Assembly: GCA_002633005.1 (NCBI GenBank)
Contig: NMRA01000472.1
Location: forward strand, 32,716-96,715
Reading direction: 5' to 3'
Source of the DNA: Phoronis australis
Taxonomy: Eukaryota; Animalia; Phoronida
Length of the DNA stretch: 64,000 nt
Shown: piece after piece, positions 50,401 through 63,700 of the stretch
Layout: each line of letters starts with the position of its first letter
How positions within the stretch are numbered: the first letter of the stretch is position 1
Program-made: the position numbers and the translations under genes
Notes under the pieces: generated by a model
Told to the model about the DNA's origin: nothing
The model's input: the letters and a program-made list of their open reading frames with translations, nothing else
The model's database searches: none

Positions 50401-53400
50401 AATTTATTTGTTGGAATATCGAAGGTCTAAAGCATAAAATACAGAGATCTGATTTTGTAAATNATATACAATGCTCTTATACCATAACATCTATATTTTG
50501 GTATAACACAATGGGGGTTCAATAATTCTACGAGATTGAAACTTCTGCAGAAAAAATGCTTTGAGAAATGTTACCACTTCTTCGCTTTTTTCACACACAG
50601 AACCAATTTGTAGGGAAATCAAAACACTCCTTCTTGACGACATATTTGACCAAGCTTGTCTAACATTCTTTTACAAATTCAAACATAATTAATTGTTAAC
50701 AATTTTATCCAATTCCATCAGTCATCAAGAGATCGTCCAAGAATATGCAGTCAACAACTCCTCCTAAAACTGCCCTCCTACAACAGAAAAAGCTGTGAAA
50801 ATTCCTCAATGGCCAAAATACCGAATCTAATAAGCAACTGTATCCTTCCGAGATATATGACTGACAAAATCGACACGCATAGTTTATATGGGTTCACCTT
50901 GTATTTAAAAATTCAATATCAAGCACTTGCAGCTCTCAATGTAACATTCTACATCGTTATGCATGTTCTAATTTAAGTAACCGTGATCATATGCTTTTCT
51001 AATCATGCAGTCTCTCTTGTATCAATAGTCTCTGTGCTTTATTCTTAGTAAAGTATATTAATTTACATTTTAAATAAACTAGCACTGCATCTTATTACAT
51101 TGTAGTTGTACTTATTTCTGTTGTTATTTATATTCATTTGTTCTTCTTAATTGTTAATATCTATTTAACTTATTGTTACTCGGTAGTCAGCTAGTAGCGG
51201 CCCGTGCCTTTGCTGGTCATCCAGTCATATCACAAGGTATGTTTTATATGATTTAAAAAAATAAATATCTCTCTCTCTCTGCACGGTTTAGTCCACTGCG
51301 TCAAATATGTAATTAAGTAAAATGAGCAAACCAATTCACATGCGTTTCCCGTTTAAGTAGACAGAATAGTGAAACCAGTTTAAGCCTATAGTTATCGAAA
51401 GAAATCGACTAGACTGTCAAAAGGTTACAGTATGTCATTTTAAAAGCGTTTTCACAAATTCCTTCTTTTTGCTGAGAATCAATTGTGCCCAGTTTTGGAG
51501 CGCATGCTGTTGCTTTTAGTATCATTCCTGTAACTATTGGCTTTTACGCCTAATTTCGCTGCAATTGAAAATTATTGCTATCGTCGATCGCCCCAGCATC
51601 GACTGACAAGCGAAGTTGAGATACCGGGGCTACAAACTAAAAAAATAATTTTGCGTAAATCTCTGTGTCCAAACAACCAGCAATATTCACAGACTGGTGG
51701 CATGAATGTATTATAAAGTCTTGTGTTCGACATTTACTCGCCACTTTAAGAGAAATCTGCATTTTGATTGCGGGTCTCCATGAAGCGAAATGCAATCTTC
51801 AGCTTGTTTACTCTAGCGCACGCGCTGAGCATTCTCAGCTGGAAACCATGGACTTGTGCATGGAAATAATGGTCGAAATTATGGAGAGGGGTGTTCTTTC
51901 AGGTTATCATATTACAACTACGTTGGCGAAGTTAATAAAATCTCGATCAGCACATGGCACACGAACGACGTCAGTTTAAAAGTCGTAAGTGGCAATGAAC
52001 TTTTGGAACGTCAATTTCTGGCTGTAACACCATGTGTAGTATATATACTGATCATACAACTTGACCTATGTATTCTATCATTACAGCGTGCGATACCAAG
52101 ACTAGCCGCGAGAATTTGCACAGTGAATTTCCGGATGTTTATTCGACTTTACCTTGATTGAGTGTTGTAGTTATCAAACCACGCCCAATTTCAACAAACA
52201 TGATAATTACACTGGCCATCATTTATATGCACCGACCTTTGACCCTGGCAAGACGTCGAGAATAATCTGGCCTCCATATCTTTTTCAGTTTGAATCTTAG
52301 AAGCACTTTCGAAAAATGGAGAAATAATTACAAATCAAGAAAACTTTACTCTGATGACAGTTCTTCTGAAAAAAGTGAAATAGAGAACCTCAATGTTTCA
52401 AATAAGCTTCCCCATAATTTTGCTATGGAGTTTGAGGGACCCCTAGCATATGAAGAACTCTGGTCTGTATTGAACAGCTCAAAAATGAAAAAGCCCCGGT
52501 CAGACTGTTTCACAAATGAATTTTTTAAGTTTTTCTTGAAAGGCTTAGACTAATTTATTTTAAGACACATAAATGAAAGCTATGAAAAAATCGCAAAACG
52601 GGGGTTGTAACTTTAATTCCAAATCTAGATAAGGCTAAAAATCATAAAACCTGGAGACCAATAACTTTGCTCAACAGTGTTTACAAGTTGGCATCCGGAT
52701 GTATTGATAGACGAATGAAAAGGCACTGGATATATATTTTCCCCGAATCAGACGGAATTTATAAAAGGGAGCTGTAAGGGTGAGAACATAAGATTGAACT
52801 ATGATGGCTGTTATTACAAATAGATTTTGAAAAAGCTTTTGATAGTCTGTCATGGAACTTCATAAATAAGGTTTTGGATATTTTTAATTGCAAGGCGTTA
52901 AGCGTTGGATTAAAAATTTTATAATTGTCCGGTGTCATATAATGATCAAAACGGTTTTTTGTCCAAAAGTTTTACTCTGCACAGGGGCTGTAGACAAGGT
53001 AATCCTCTTTCTCCATATGATTTCATTTTATGTGCTGGAATGTTCGTGCTACTTACGTAATCTCAAATACAGTATTGTGTAATATGAAGACGAAACAAGA
53101 TAGGGAAATTAAAGGCTTTCAAATAGGAAATGATAAATTTATACTTACTCAGTATGGTGATGACAAAACGTTTTTCTAAGATGGTTCTTGGCGTAGTTTG
53201 AAAACTACTATGGAAGTTTTGATTAAATATGCAGAATTGTCTGGAATGAGAGTAAATTCTTCCAAAAATGTTATTTGGATGGGCAGTAAAAAATTTGTAA
53301 AGATGTTTTCCATCATGCAAGATGGAAGTCAGAATGGGGCATAACGGAATTTAAGATACTAGGTATCCATTTCAGTGTTAACCTAGAAAAAATAATTAAC

Positions 53401-56400
53401 ATCAAATACAATGAGAGGATTGAGGAAATCAATAATTTTATCAAAATTTGGTCTAGAACAGAAATCTCTTTTTTGGGTAGTTACGGTGGTAAAGATCTTT
53501 GTGGTGCCAAAATTATTTACAAAATGACAACCCTGCCTCCTCCATCACACATATTTAAGATTGAATTAAACTCAAACATTTTAAAGTTTATTAGGAATAA
53601 CAAAGTTGAGAGAGTGAAGAGAGACGTATTAACTAAAACTAATGAGAAAGAGGGAGGGAAAATGATGAATATAATTCATTTTAACAAGGCTATAAAAATT
53701 TCATGGATAAAAAGACTACTTACCTCTGAATAAAAATGTGTGAAATTATTTGAACTTGAAACATTGGATTGCAAAGTCAAACATTATAAATTTTGGAAAT
53801 GATTACTTTTAGAATCATACTGAAGTAACCAATCCGTTATGGAACGAAATACTAAGTAATTGGTATTTGGTCATAAGTAAACAGCCCCATAAAGATCCGA
53901 ATGATTTGCTCTAAACAAGTTTATGGCATAATAGACAGAAAACCTATCTTCTTTAGCAAGTATGCTAGTGGTGGTGTTCTTTTTATTAATGACCTACTTG
54001 ATGAAAATAACTGGTTTTACTAATTTACTGAATTTTAAAAAATCTCGAATATAGCTACGCACTTTTTGGAATATCGTTCTCTGATTAGGTCTATTAGGCT
54101 GTTTCTGAGGAGAACACCATAAAAATGCAGTTAATTAAGATATATGGACCAATAATACCTTTTAATATCCGTAATTTTTAAACTGCACGTCAATATGTAA
54201 AATGAAATTGTTTGCACGAACAAAAGTTTGCCTATTGCCCGAAAAATATTTCAAGAAGAAGGTTATAACTTTGGAAGTGATTACTCGAAAAATTTATATT
54301 CGTTGTCTTTTAAAACTACTTACGATTTCAAGTTATGTACACTGCAGTTTAAACTATTACATAGAATATTTGTGACGCACTCTTTCCTGATGTATGTACT
54401 TTCTGCTAGTCACAAACTGAAACAGTGGATCACATCCTTTTCGAATGTAATAATATAAAAATATGGATAGAAGAATTAGCGCAGTTGAGTGTTGTCGGTA
54501 AAAAGTATCAATTTGATTATCGACAAAAAACAATGATTTTTATATTGTCAGTGATAATAGACATCGGCTAATGTTTTACTACAAAGATTTAAGAAAAATA
54601 ATCCAGCCACATGATAGTTCCATTTTCCCATTCGACTAAAAAGAAGAAACAGGATGATTCGATTTCAAAATAAAAAACACTGTAGGGAGTTTTTGGTTGT
54701 TAGGTCTCCGTTCAACAAAAACGCTGTCCAGACGTTCTTTCACCTTTGAGTTCTGGAATGGACCCAGATGTCCCGCGTTTTATCCGGAAATTCCGCTTTT
54801 CAATTCAGTTGTCTCGGTTCTTTATTCTCGAGTACTGACAACTATGCAACAAATGTTCAAAATAACATTGTCACTTTGTCATGGATATTTTTATTATCCA
54901 GAGTCCACTATCTTGAGTAACAGAACATTGCAAAATGTGTTACAATGTCTCTTGTTTAGGGTAGCACATATCACACGTATTATGAGCTGCAGAAACAGGC
55001 TTATTTGTAAACAGCTATGGAAAGTCCTACACTGCAACCTGTGTAATGGTCTCTACATTGTTCATTTCAAAGCTACATAATAGACGCTTGTTCGTTTTTT
55101 ATCTTTCAGAAAACTTTATCTGCAAATTTCGAATATGTAGTGGGAGTAATTAGCTCATCACGTTGTTGTAGATGTCACTGCCTCATGAATTTTTACTAAA
55201 GAATTGTATCACACGTGACCCTATGGCCCAATTAATATGGAAAGATGTAACTATGATTTGGGATGAACGCCTAGGTAAATTTTTCACAGCAACTGTGACT
55301 GGTCCATATTCTTATAAGTATTTGTCTTGATAGGGTAGAAATGTTTTGAATCATCAAAATTCTTTCCCTGATGGTTTAATAAGTCATTTATAAACCCTTC
55401 CTGGTTCGTTACTATTACACCTTGCTATTTTTTGCATTTCGGCAACACTATGAATTTTAGAATTAAAAAAAAATGAGCTGGTCAGGCATGAGATATAATA
55501 ATTATTCATGAATTAATGTAATGTATTTATCGTTTGCTTCTGGTATAATCATACACCGTTAAAAACTGCCGGATGAAGAGCTTTCTTATGATATGACTCT
55601 AATTGGTTCAAAAACGGCGGAGTTTTAGTGATAGTAAATTCTATAGCATTAACCAACACCGGAACAAATCAATGTAAACAAATTCCGCTTTCTCAAAACA
55701 ATATAATCGTAATGCAATAAATGAAGATTTTTTTAACAAAATAAACAGGATTTGTTAAAAGTTTCTATTTTTGGTTTACACGTGGTGAAACAGCGAAATG
55801 CCGTCTAAGTTAATCGTCTCTGAACTACATTTTTCACAAAATAATAAAATTTCAGTGTAAAAACGCATGCTTACACGTTTGACACTGAAGCGTAAATTGA
55901 AGCACAAATTACACACAACACACAGATGTACAATATAGGCCCAGTGTGATTTATATTCAATATTTAATCATTTTCATTGTTAATACAATTAGAGTTATTG
56001 ATTTCAATCACTACTTAACTTTAGTTGCTGATGTTATATTATGGAAATTTACCTTGTATATACTGTAGCCTATGCACAACAGAGGGACACCAGTTTCTCT
56101 CTTCATCTTTCGTCGATTCTTTTGCATTAAACCGATGACAAAGGAGCAAAGGTCATCCGTATCATCGTCAGTGTCCTCGGCGTTGACGACGAACTGGGGA
56201 TTAGTGGCAAAGGTATCTGAAGTTTCGAGAAAAGAAGTCAGGCAGATAAACGTGCAGAGGTTTGCCAAACATTGATAGATTGTATAAATACGGACAGATC
56301 CCTAGTTCGATATCAGCTTGAATGGCTACCTGGAGAGCAATTCCTGTTCCACGATGAATAATTGATTGGCTTGAGGGATCGGTCTGTATTAGTTATGACA

Positions 56401-59400
56401 TACGACCATCGAAATTTCATTTATCTGATTTTTCACTTGTTATTATTGGGTTGGTATTTTCTTGCCTGGTAATTTGATGTACTGGCATCGTCTACTCGCA
56501 ATGTTGTCAGGCAGAGTTTTGTAGTTTCAGCAGCCTTATTGGTTCTGGCGTCTTGAATTAAAATTAAAAGTGGTATTTCGTCACGGCCTAGCCGGTTGAC
56601 GTTGCGCCGTAATGATAGTTATCGTACCGCCTGTTACCCAAACATAGAACAGAAGTATGAATGATCGTGAGATAAAACAGGGCAAAAGTTACATCTGGTT
56701 CAGCATTGTTATTACTCAGTGAGAACCAAGACACCGAGACTTTGGTTGAAAACTTGACTACCAGTTTAGCCTCGCAAACACCCTGTTCTAGAAACTGGCT
56801 ATGTGTTTGGCTGACAATTCTGCAAGCGTTATGTAAGTATCGAAGTGGACAGCTTAAATCCTCCTAGTCATATGGATTTCAGGAGTAGATAGCGCGGTCA
56901 GTTTGACGTTTACTATGTTACATGTGAATTCAAAAAAGCCAAATGTCAGGCAGGTAGCTATGTTGTTACATGCAGCTGGGCTGGACTGGCAGACAATTAC
57001 TAAAGTTCCGTTAGCAAAATTTGACGATCACTACTAACGGAAAAAAACGTTGTGTCTGAACGTTAACCTTTGTGTATGCGTGATCAACGCTGGAAAGAAG
57101 CCGCACAGTATTTGGTGACGGTCCTCAGAAGGAACATTCATTAGCGAAAATTGACGACATCTTCAGGGCTGCTTAGTCAGCAAGGAAACAGATTTCAGTC
57201 ATGTCAGTACACTCTTTCGCGGTGATACGAAAGGTAGCACTGTGGAGTGTTGTTCAACATGGCTTCTCATTGGTTAGCTAATGAAATCGACGTCATGACA
57301 TTCAGTCATTCCCATTGGTTGAAATCTGGGAAACCCTTTCAGTTTACCGTTACGCAGCATGGCGACCACCTTTGACCTGAATAGTTGCAATTTATTAAAA
57401 CGGGTAGTGATCGAAGTAAATAAAATCAAGAGAACCCCGATCCCGTGTACTGTTTATAATGTTTCCACAGGGCCACTTTTCAGTAAAGGTGGCGCTGTGT
57501 CAGAGGGTACCATGTCAAATTGACAAGTGTGACGTCACTGAAGCAGTTATGCTTACATACAGGAGATGGACACACGTAAGGCATGAAAAAGCATCCGGTA
57601 TGAAACAAAACCGAAAGGGCCACCCACCAGCCGTTTCATTAGTATGGTGCAAAACGTAAAGGGGGCCAGCGTATGGACAAGACTGCAGCAAGTATAATGA
57701 GAAAATCACTTCCGCAAAGTATGCAAGGGCGGTAGTTTGTAAACATGTAAAGACACTCAAACTTAACGGCGTGAACATTGTAGTTAAGCTCGTCACAGGC
57801 GCGCTGAAGAGAATACGATTACACTTTCAGAGTATGAAAGACTTCTTAGTCCTGACCTCATCGTCTGTGTTGGTTTCAAAGTGAAGCAACTTGGCAAAGT
57901 ACTTCTGGGTGTGTCTGCATCAACTTCAGGCGTCATGATTCAAGATGTGACTGATATTAATAGCCTACTGTTTTTGAGTGAGTTCTCTTGAGACCAATTA
58001 ATAGGTAGTTCAGCGCACTATTCATGCCAGTCAAACAACCCCTGTATTCTCGTCATCCACTTGGATAATCCAATGTTTTCTCAGGGCTGGGTAAATATGA
58101 GACCAAATACCACATAAAACAGCTTATCTTTTTAAATGCCTTAATTTTATTAAAATGACACCATAAAAAACATTTTCGAGACTCGAAAGTGAGTCTCTAT
58201 ATTAATATAGGAACCCACCGAGGACCACCAAGAGTGTGGCCCTCTATATTGATATAAGGGTCACAGAGTTTTGGACGCGTTCAGTCAGAATGATCTACAT
58301 CAATATAGAAGGCTTCTCTTTTTGGCCGCTTTCCAATGGGCCGCCTATGTTAATATAGGTCCCCACTTTTGAGGCCTAAAATGGATGTCATTCTAATAAA
58401 AACGAATTAAAATAAATAGCTCTTATTCAAATAGGCAGCAATTCATTTTGAGCCTCACAAGTGGGAATCCCTTTACTAATATAAGCGGCCCCCCGAGGAC
58501 CACCAAGAAAAGGCCCCTATATTGGTTTAAGGGTCAAACTTTTTGTTCGCCTTCAGGTTGGGCCTCCATACTAATATAAGCGTTTCCGCTTTTTGGCCGC
58601 TTTCAGGAGGGGTCCCTTAAATTAATAATGGAATTAAATGCTAAAATCATGTCATCCCCACTTCCCATGTGTACAAGCAACGTTAAGTGGTACATTGTTC
58701 TGTAGTATAATTGGCACACAAGATGCGTCGTGGTGGCTGATGACAAGTCATACTGTTCGAACACTTTTGACGCTCCTTGGAGAGGAAAAGATTTGCGCGC
58801 ATGTCATTTAGCATCTAATCTGACAGTGACGTCAATTCAAAGTGCAATGAGCAAACCTTTGATGACATCCCTGGTGTCCTCATTATTGCAAATGTGTGAT
58901 TATGGCTGCCGGCAGTGAGATCGAGCATGATGTCATTCTTAGGAATGTGATGGACCGTACGCGCAAAAGTACATTGGGTTCAATCGGTCCACAATTCAGT
59001 CTAAATTGAATACTGTCATATACATCGTCAACGTGATCTGAGTAGATGGCTTTGCTCTTTTCCCAAGAAAGCAGAGGCTATCAGACACATCGCAGTCTCA
59101 TAGTTTGGTCTTGGGTCATGCCTACACCTAGATGGCGCTTACTACCTATACATCCGCTGTCTTGTGCTAACCTTGCTGGCGATGTTGCTTGTCGTCCGTC
59201 TCCACACATGGAAGCGATTGTTCATGCTTTTATGCAGTCAGCCCCTGTCTCTAGCACAGAGCTGGTATATTTCAAATCTGCTACTGTGAATGATCATGAC
59301 ATGCAAACCTACGTCAACACACTTTGCAAGGTTGGTCGGACGCGCTTTCTGCTGTGAGCCCTGAACTTATTAGTTTCTGGAATTTACGATCTGGAATGAG

Positions 59401-60724
59401 GCTGAAGGCTTAATTACTGTTTTACATTGATCGCATCATTGTTCTACTGTTTTGCGGAAATCAATGCATCACCACGACATTTGTGGCCACATCACCACGG
59501 TGGCATTCGGTGTTGGTAAGCTTGTTGTCAAACAGTGCTTCTCAAGGAAAGCATTGACACTGACAAGGAGTTCGTCTGTCAACAATAGTCTAAGATCAGA
59601 AAATATTTTGTTGAAATAACAGTTTGGCTTTCACTAGGGGGGTTGGGGGTGATAAATGACGACGAGGAATGAAGTGCTTAATAGCTTTTCTGTTTCTCTT
59701 GCATCCGTGTTCTCTGATTATGGGACAAATGATTGTAACACACACCCAGGCACGCATACACACACAAGCACACACGTCACTTATCTATTTACCTATACAT
59801 CAAATTGGCTGGAAATTACTGCTGAACATATTTAAGCTTTGTTTATTTTTCTCAATTTCTTAATATGTACACGTATTAATACTTCTTTGTCCGCAATGAG
59901 GATTGGAAGGAAAATTGTGCGACGTTTGGATGACTAAGGAATAGCACATTGTGCGCAAGGGAATATGTGTTTCAAAAGACGACCAACAAACGTTGTTTCC
60001 ACTTTTTGATTTAAAATTTCCATCAATTTTTTTACTGTACTGGACATGCCTTTCTTTGCCAGTTTGGAATCTACACATATTGGATTTCTTATCCCATTTC
60101 CATTGCTTTTGGGAAGTTTGTACTTGTTAATCACCGTTCTTACTGAGAAAGTTGCGACAGCCTCCAGCGCTAAATCCTTTGAGCCACTTTCCTGTTTCTT
60201 GACGCCCCTCCCATGACTTCGCCGAGATATCGCCGGTCACTGAATCTGGTCCCAAGGTACAAATTTCCAACTTGTCGAAGTATCTCATGAAGTCGCTGAA
60301 TGACATCCTGTGATAATTGAGTTAAGAAAGTCCTAGCATAGAGTATCACAGACCGGAACTCATTCATTCACCCAAAACATGTCGAGGAATGTCCTAACTA
60401 ATGCATTTGTCGGAAGTGTTCATTGACTTTCCATGCGCAGTCAGCCTAAAATATAGGGGGGCTAGAATTTTTCGGTATGCGGACCTTTTACTGAAAGAAG
60501 TTCACAAGGACTAAAAAAACGGGGCCACTAGGTTCAGGCCGACGCACCGTGCATCCGCACCGACTTCCCGTGAATTTTATGGACTTTTGTCTCGTGTACT
60601 CGGACTTTTTGTTTCACTGAGGCGGACCTTTTTGCCCAATTCGCCAAATTGCCCCTACCCCCTCCTGGGTGCGCCTATGGTTACGTACACTGTAGTGCAA
60701 ATTGTCATATATCTATACGTGTGT

Positions 60725-60762
<38 letters not shown>

Positions 60763-63700
60763 GCGTGTGCGTGTGTGTGTTAACGAAGAGGGTGCTACCA
60801 AACTGTTTGGTAGCAGCCCGCGGTCATTTTGTACACCAACATGGCCGAAAAATAATTCTAAGCAAGAAATAGCTAATAATAGCACCATTCACTATGTTGA
60901 AAATCACACGTTTCGGCTAAAGATTTTGGAATCGCTATTGATCAGTCATGAAAAACCTGTGTTGAATGAGCAGCTCACAGGTGTGTAACGCACGCTGGCT
61001 CTGTTTCGGTAGGGTTGTGGCTTCCCACCGTGTGTTGCATTCACACTCTCTGCTATTACGCCCCCCCCTTCCCGCTGTCGCGTGTATTTCATTGTTTAAT
61101 TCGCTACGTACATGTATATGATCATTCCACTTATTGCCTGATGACGAGACATGCAGTCTCGAAACATAGCTAGTATTTTAAATAGAGAATCCAGCACGAT
61201 TCTCAGGTTTATGACATGGGCAAAATCGGAAATAGCCTCGGGATTTTGACGAAATTTCCTTGAGGTTTTGTCCATGTCATAAATATGAGACGACTGTAGG
61301 ATTTGTTTTCTTAAATGAACCGTAAAACGATCTTTTTTGCTGAAAAACTCGACGTTTCTAAAATTTTCAACCACACGACGCAACACGCTTTCGCAATGTA
61401 AAGTAATTCAGTTACTTTTTGCTAATAAGTTTATTTTAAGCTTAACAATTGTAAATTGCATTCAACTTTTGTAGCAAATATTCAACTAATAAATAGTGTT
61501 TGAAGTTGTAATATTAAAACTTTAAAAAATATTATAAATAACAGCCAGCAAGGCTTACCCGCGCGTGAGCACTGAACTGACCTTGAGACAGCACAGCTAG
61601 ACAGTCTCACCGCGTTTCTTGAGTTTGGCTCTTCTCCGTTTGAATGAACGTGGGTATGGAATTCGCCGCTGAAGATGGGTCCGTATAAGAAGTTGTTTGC
61701 ATGTCATTCCGATTGGGAGTGTGTACACTTGCGACACCCGATTTGTCAGTCATAACCTTGTCACCTCGGAATTCCGGCATTGTTTGATTGGCGCTCGTTT
61801 GGTTGTTTTAGTGTTTTGCAGACGATAAAATGTGTGGCATATGGATTTCTACTTTGCACCACTTTGTGATTTGCAAATGTAATATAAAAAATTACGTACT
61901 TGGTGTTATTAACCAGTCGTGTCTTAACACATTCCAGGTCATGTGAGAATTTGTTTGTTCGTTATGTCTCTTGGTGTTTTCACACCTAGCCCGGAGAGAA
62001 TGTTGAGAGTTGTTGCTGTTATTTCACACAAAAAGTACATAGGCAAATCTAATGCAGCATAAGATAACACTATCTAAAAGTAAGAATCAACACGGAATTC
62101 AGCAGTACGAAAAATATCACCAAAAAGAAAAAAAAAACAACACACAGAGCTAAGCAGACAGAAACACAGAATCCCTATTAAAACTTCTCCAGGTAAGCTT
62201 TCTAAAGTAATTCACAAGAGAGATACAACATTTAAATATTTTCACCAGTTTCTTTAGTTTTGAAAATTATCAATTCCCACAAAATGCCTTTTACATTAAA
62301 ATCGTTGTCTAACTAAATAAAGAATTTACCCGACGTTTGACACGACTTTTCAAAGTACGAGATACCAAAAGCTGGTAACTTACCAAAATTCACCATCATC
62401 TTCAAAGGTTAGCCCCATTTTTCGCTTTTCAGAGTCGCTCAATCCCCTCCACTCGCTAGACCTGGAAATAGATCGTTTCTTAAGATGCAGCATATGCACG
62501 CATAAGGTCTGATTGATTTTTTGTGAGATATGAAGCAAGGTACGTGGATTCCAGTCCCGCTCCCCTTGACGTGTACTGAGCTAACCTGAGCAACGTGCCG
62601 AGTAAACAATAAGATTTATCATATTAGCTTGTATCGACAGGAAAAAATCTTCAAATAGAACAAACACCGAATTCAATCCCACAATTCGTCAATTCAGCCC
62701 CATCGACAAATCACTTCAGTTGCTACGATAGGCCAATTAGCTTCCGAGAAAACTTGCGAAACACTAGCTCGCTTTTCATTCGTGTAATTTTGCGAGGTTT
62801 TGTGAGATCTTACTTTCTTGCAAGAAACGCTCTTCGTGTACTTTTCAACGGAAGTGCGTGTGAGGTTTGTAAGTTCTAATGCTGGCGTGCGTACAGTAAC
62901 GCCAGGACCTACACCAACACCTTGCTAAAATCTATCCAAAGTCACGTGATCTCATTTAAAATACACGGCAATATCTCACGTAATCTCGCGAAGTCTTGCT
63001 TTTTAACGAGGTCCTCGCATTACTGAACGGGAGGCTGGTTTTGTACATGCAAACAAAGAGCAACGCATACACGACCATCTTGTGAATTATACGCAGTCTT
63101 CGTTACTCACGGTAGATTAAAAGTCATTTATGCGTGTACCTAGGACTATTAGCATCTATTTCTAGAAGTAGTCTCCACTTCTGCCGCGGCTACCAACAAA
63201 CAGCACACATACCAGGCATTTACTTCGAAAACCAACAATAGTGTTTATTCTATATACGGATTTTGGTCAGAATCATATTTGCATGTTGCCAAATATGGGT
63301 GTAAGGTTATCATTACCTCACAATCTCGGACATCGAAAGCAATGCCAAGTGATCATTTATAGTTTTGGTAACTGGATTTTATGACTAGCTGCAACTACTC
63401 TCAGTCATGTTTTTTCAATCTCGATTTAGTACGATTTTTGTCGAACTATTTTTGAACGGACTCACCAATGTCGCCCATCCCTTCCACAGGTTACAAAAGT
63501 GTCCATACTTGAAAATGAAAAAGCATTTAGGCCATACCGCAAGGAGCCAATTCCAATAGCACCCCACAATAACCTAATGGAACTTTATGTGTTTATGCAT
63601 GAACATTGAAAATAGAACAGGGGCAATGGGAAGACAAAAAAAAACGTACGATTAATTCAATTTCGATGTGCTTGTTAATAAGCGAGACATTTTGAAGGCG

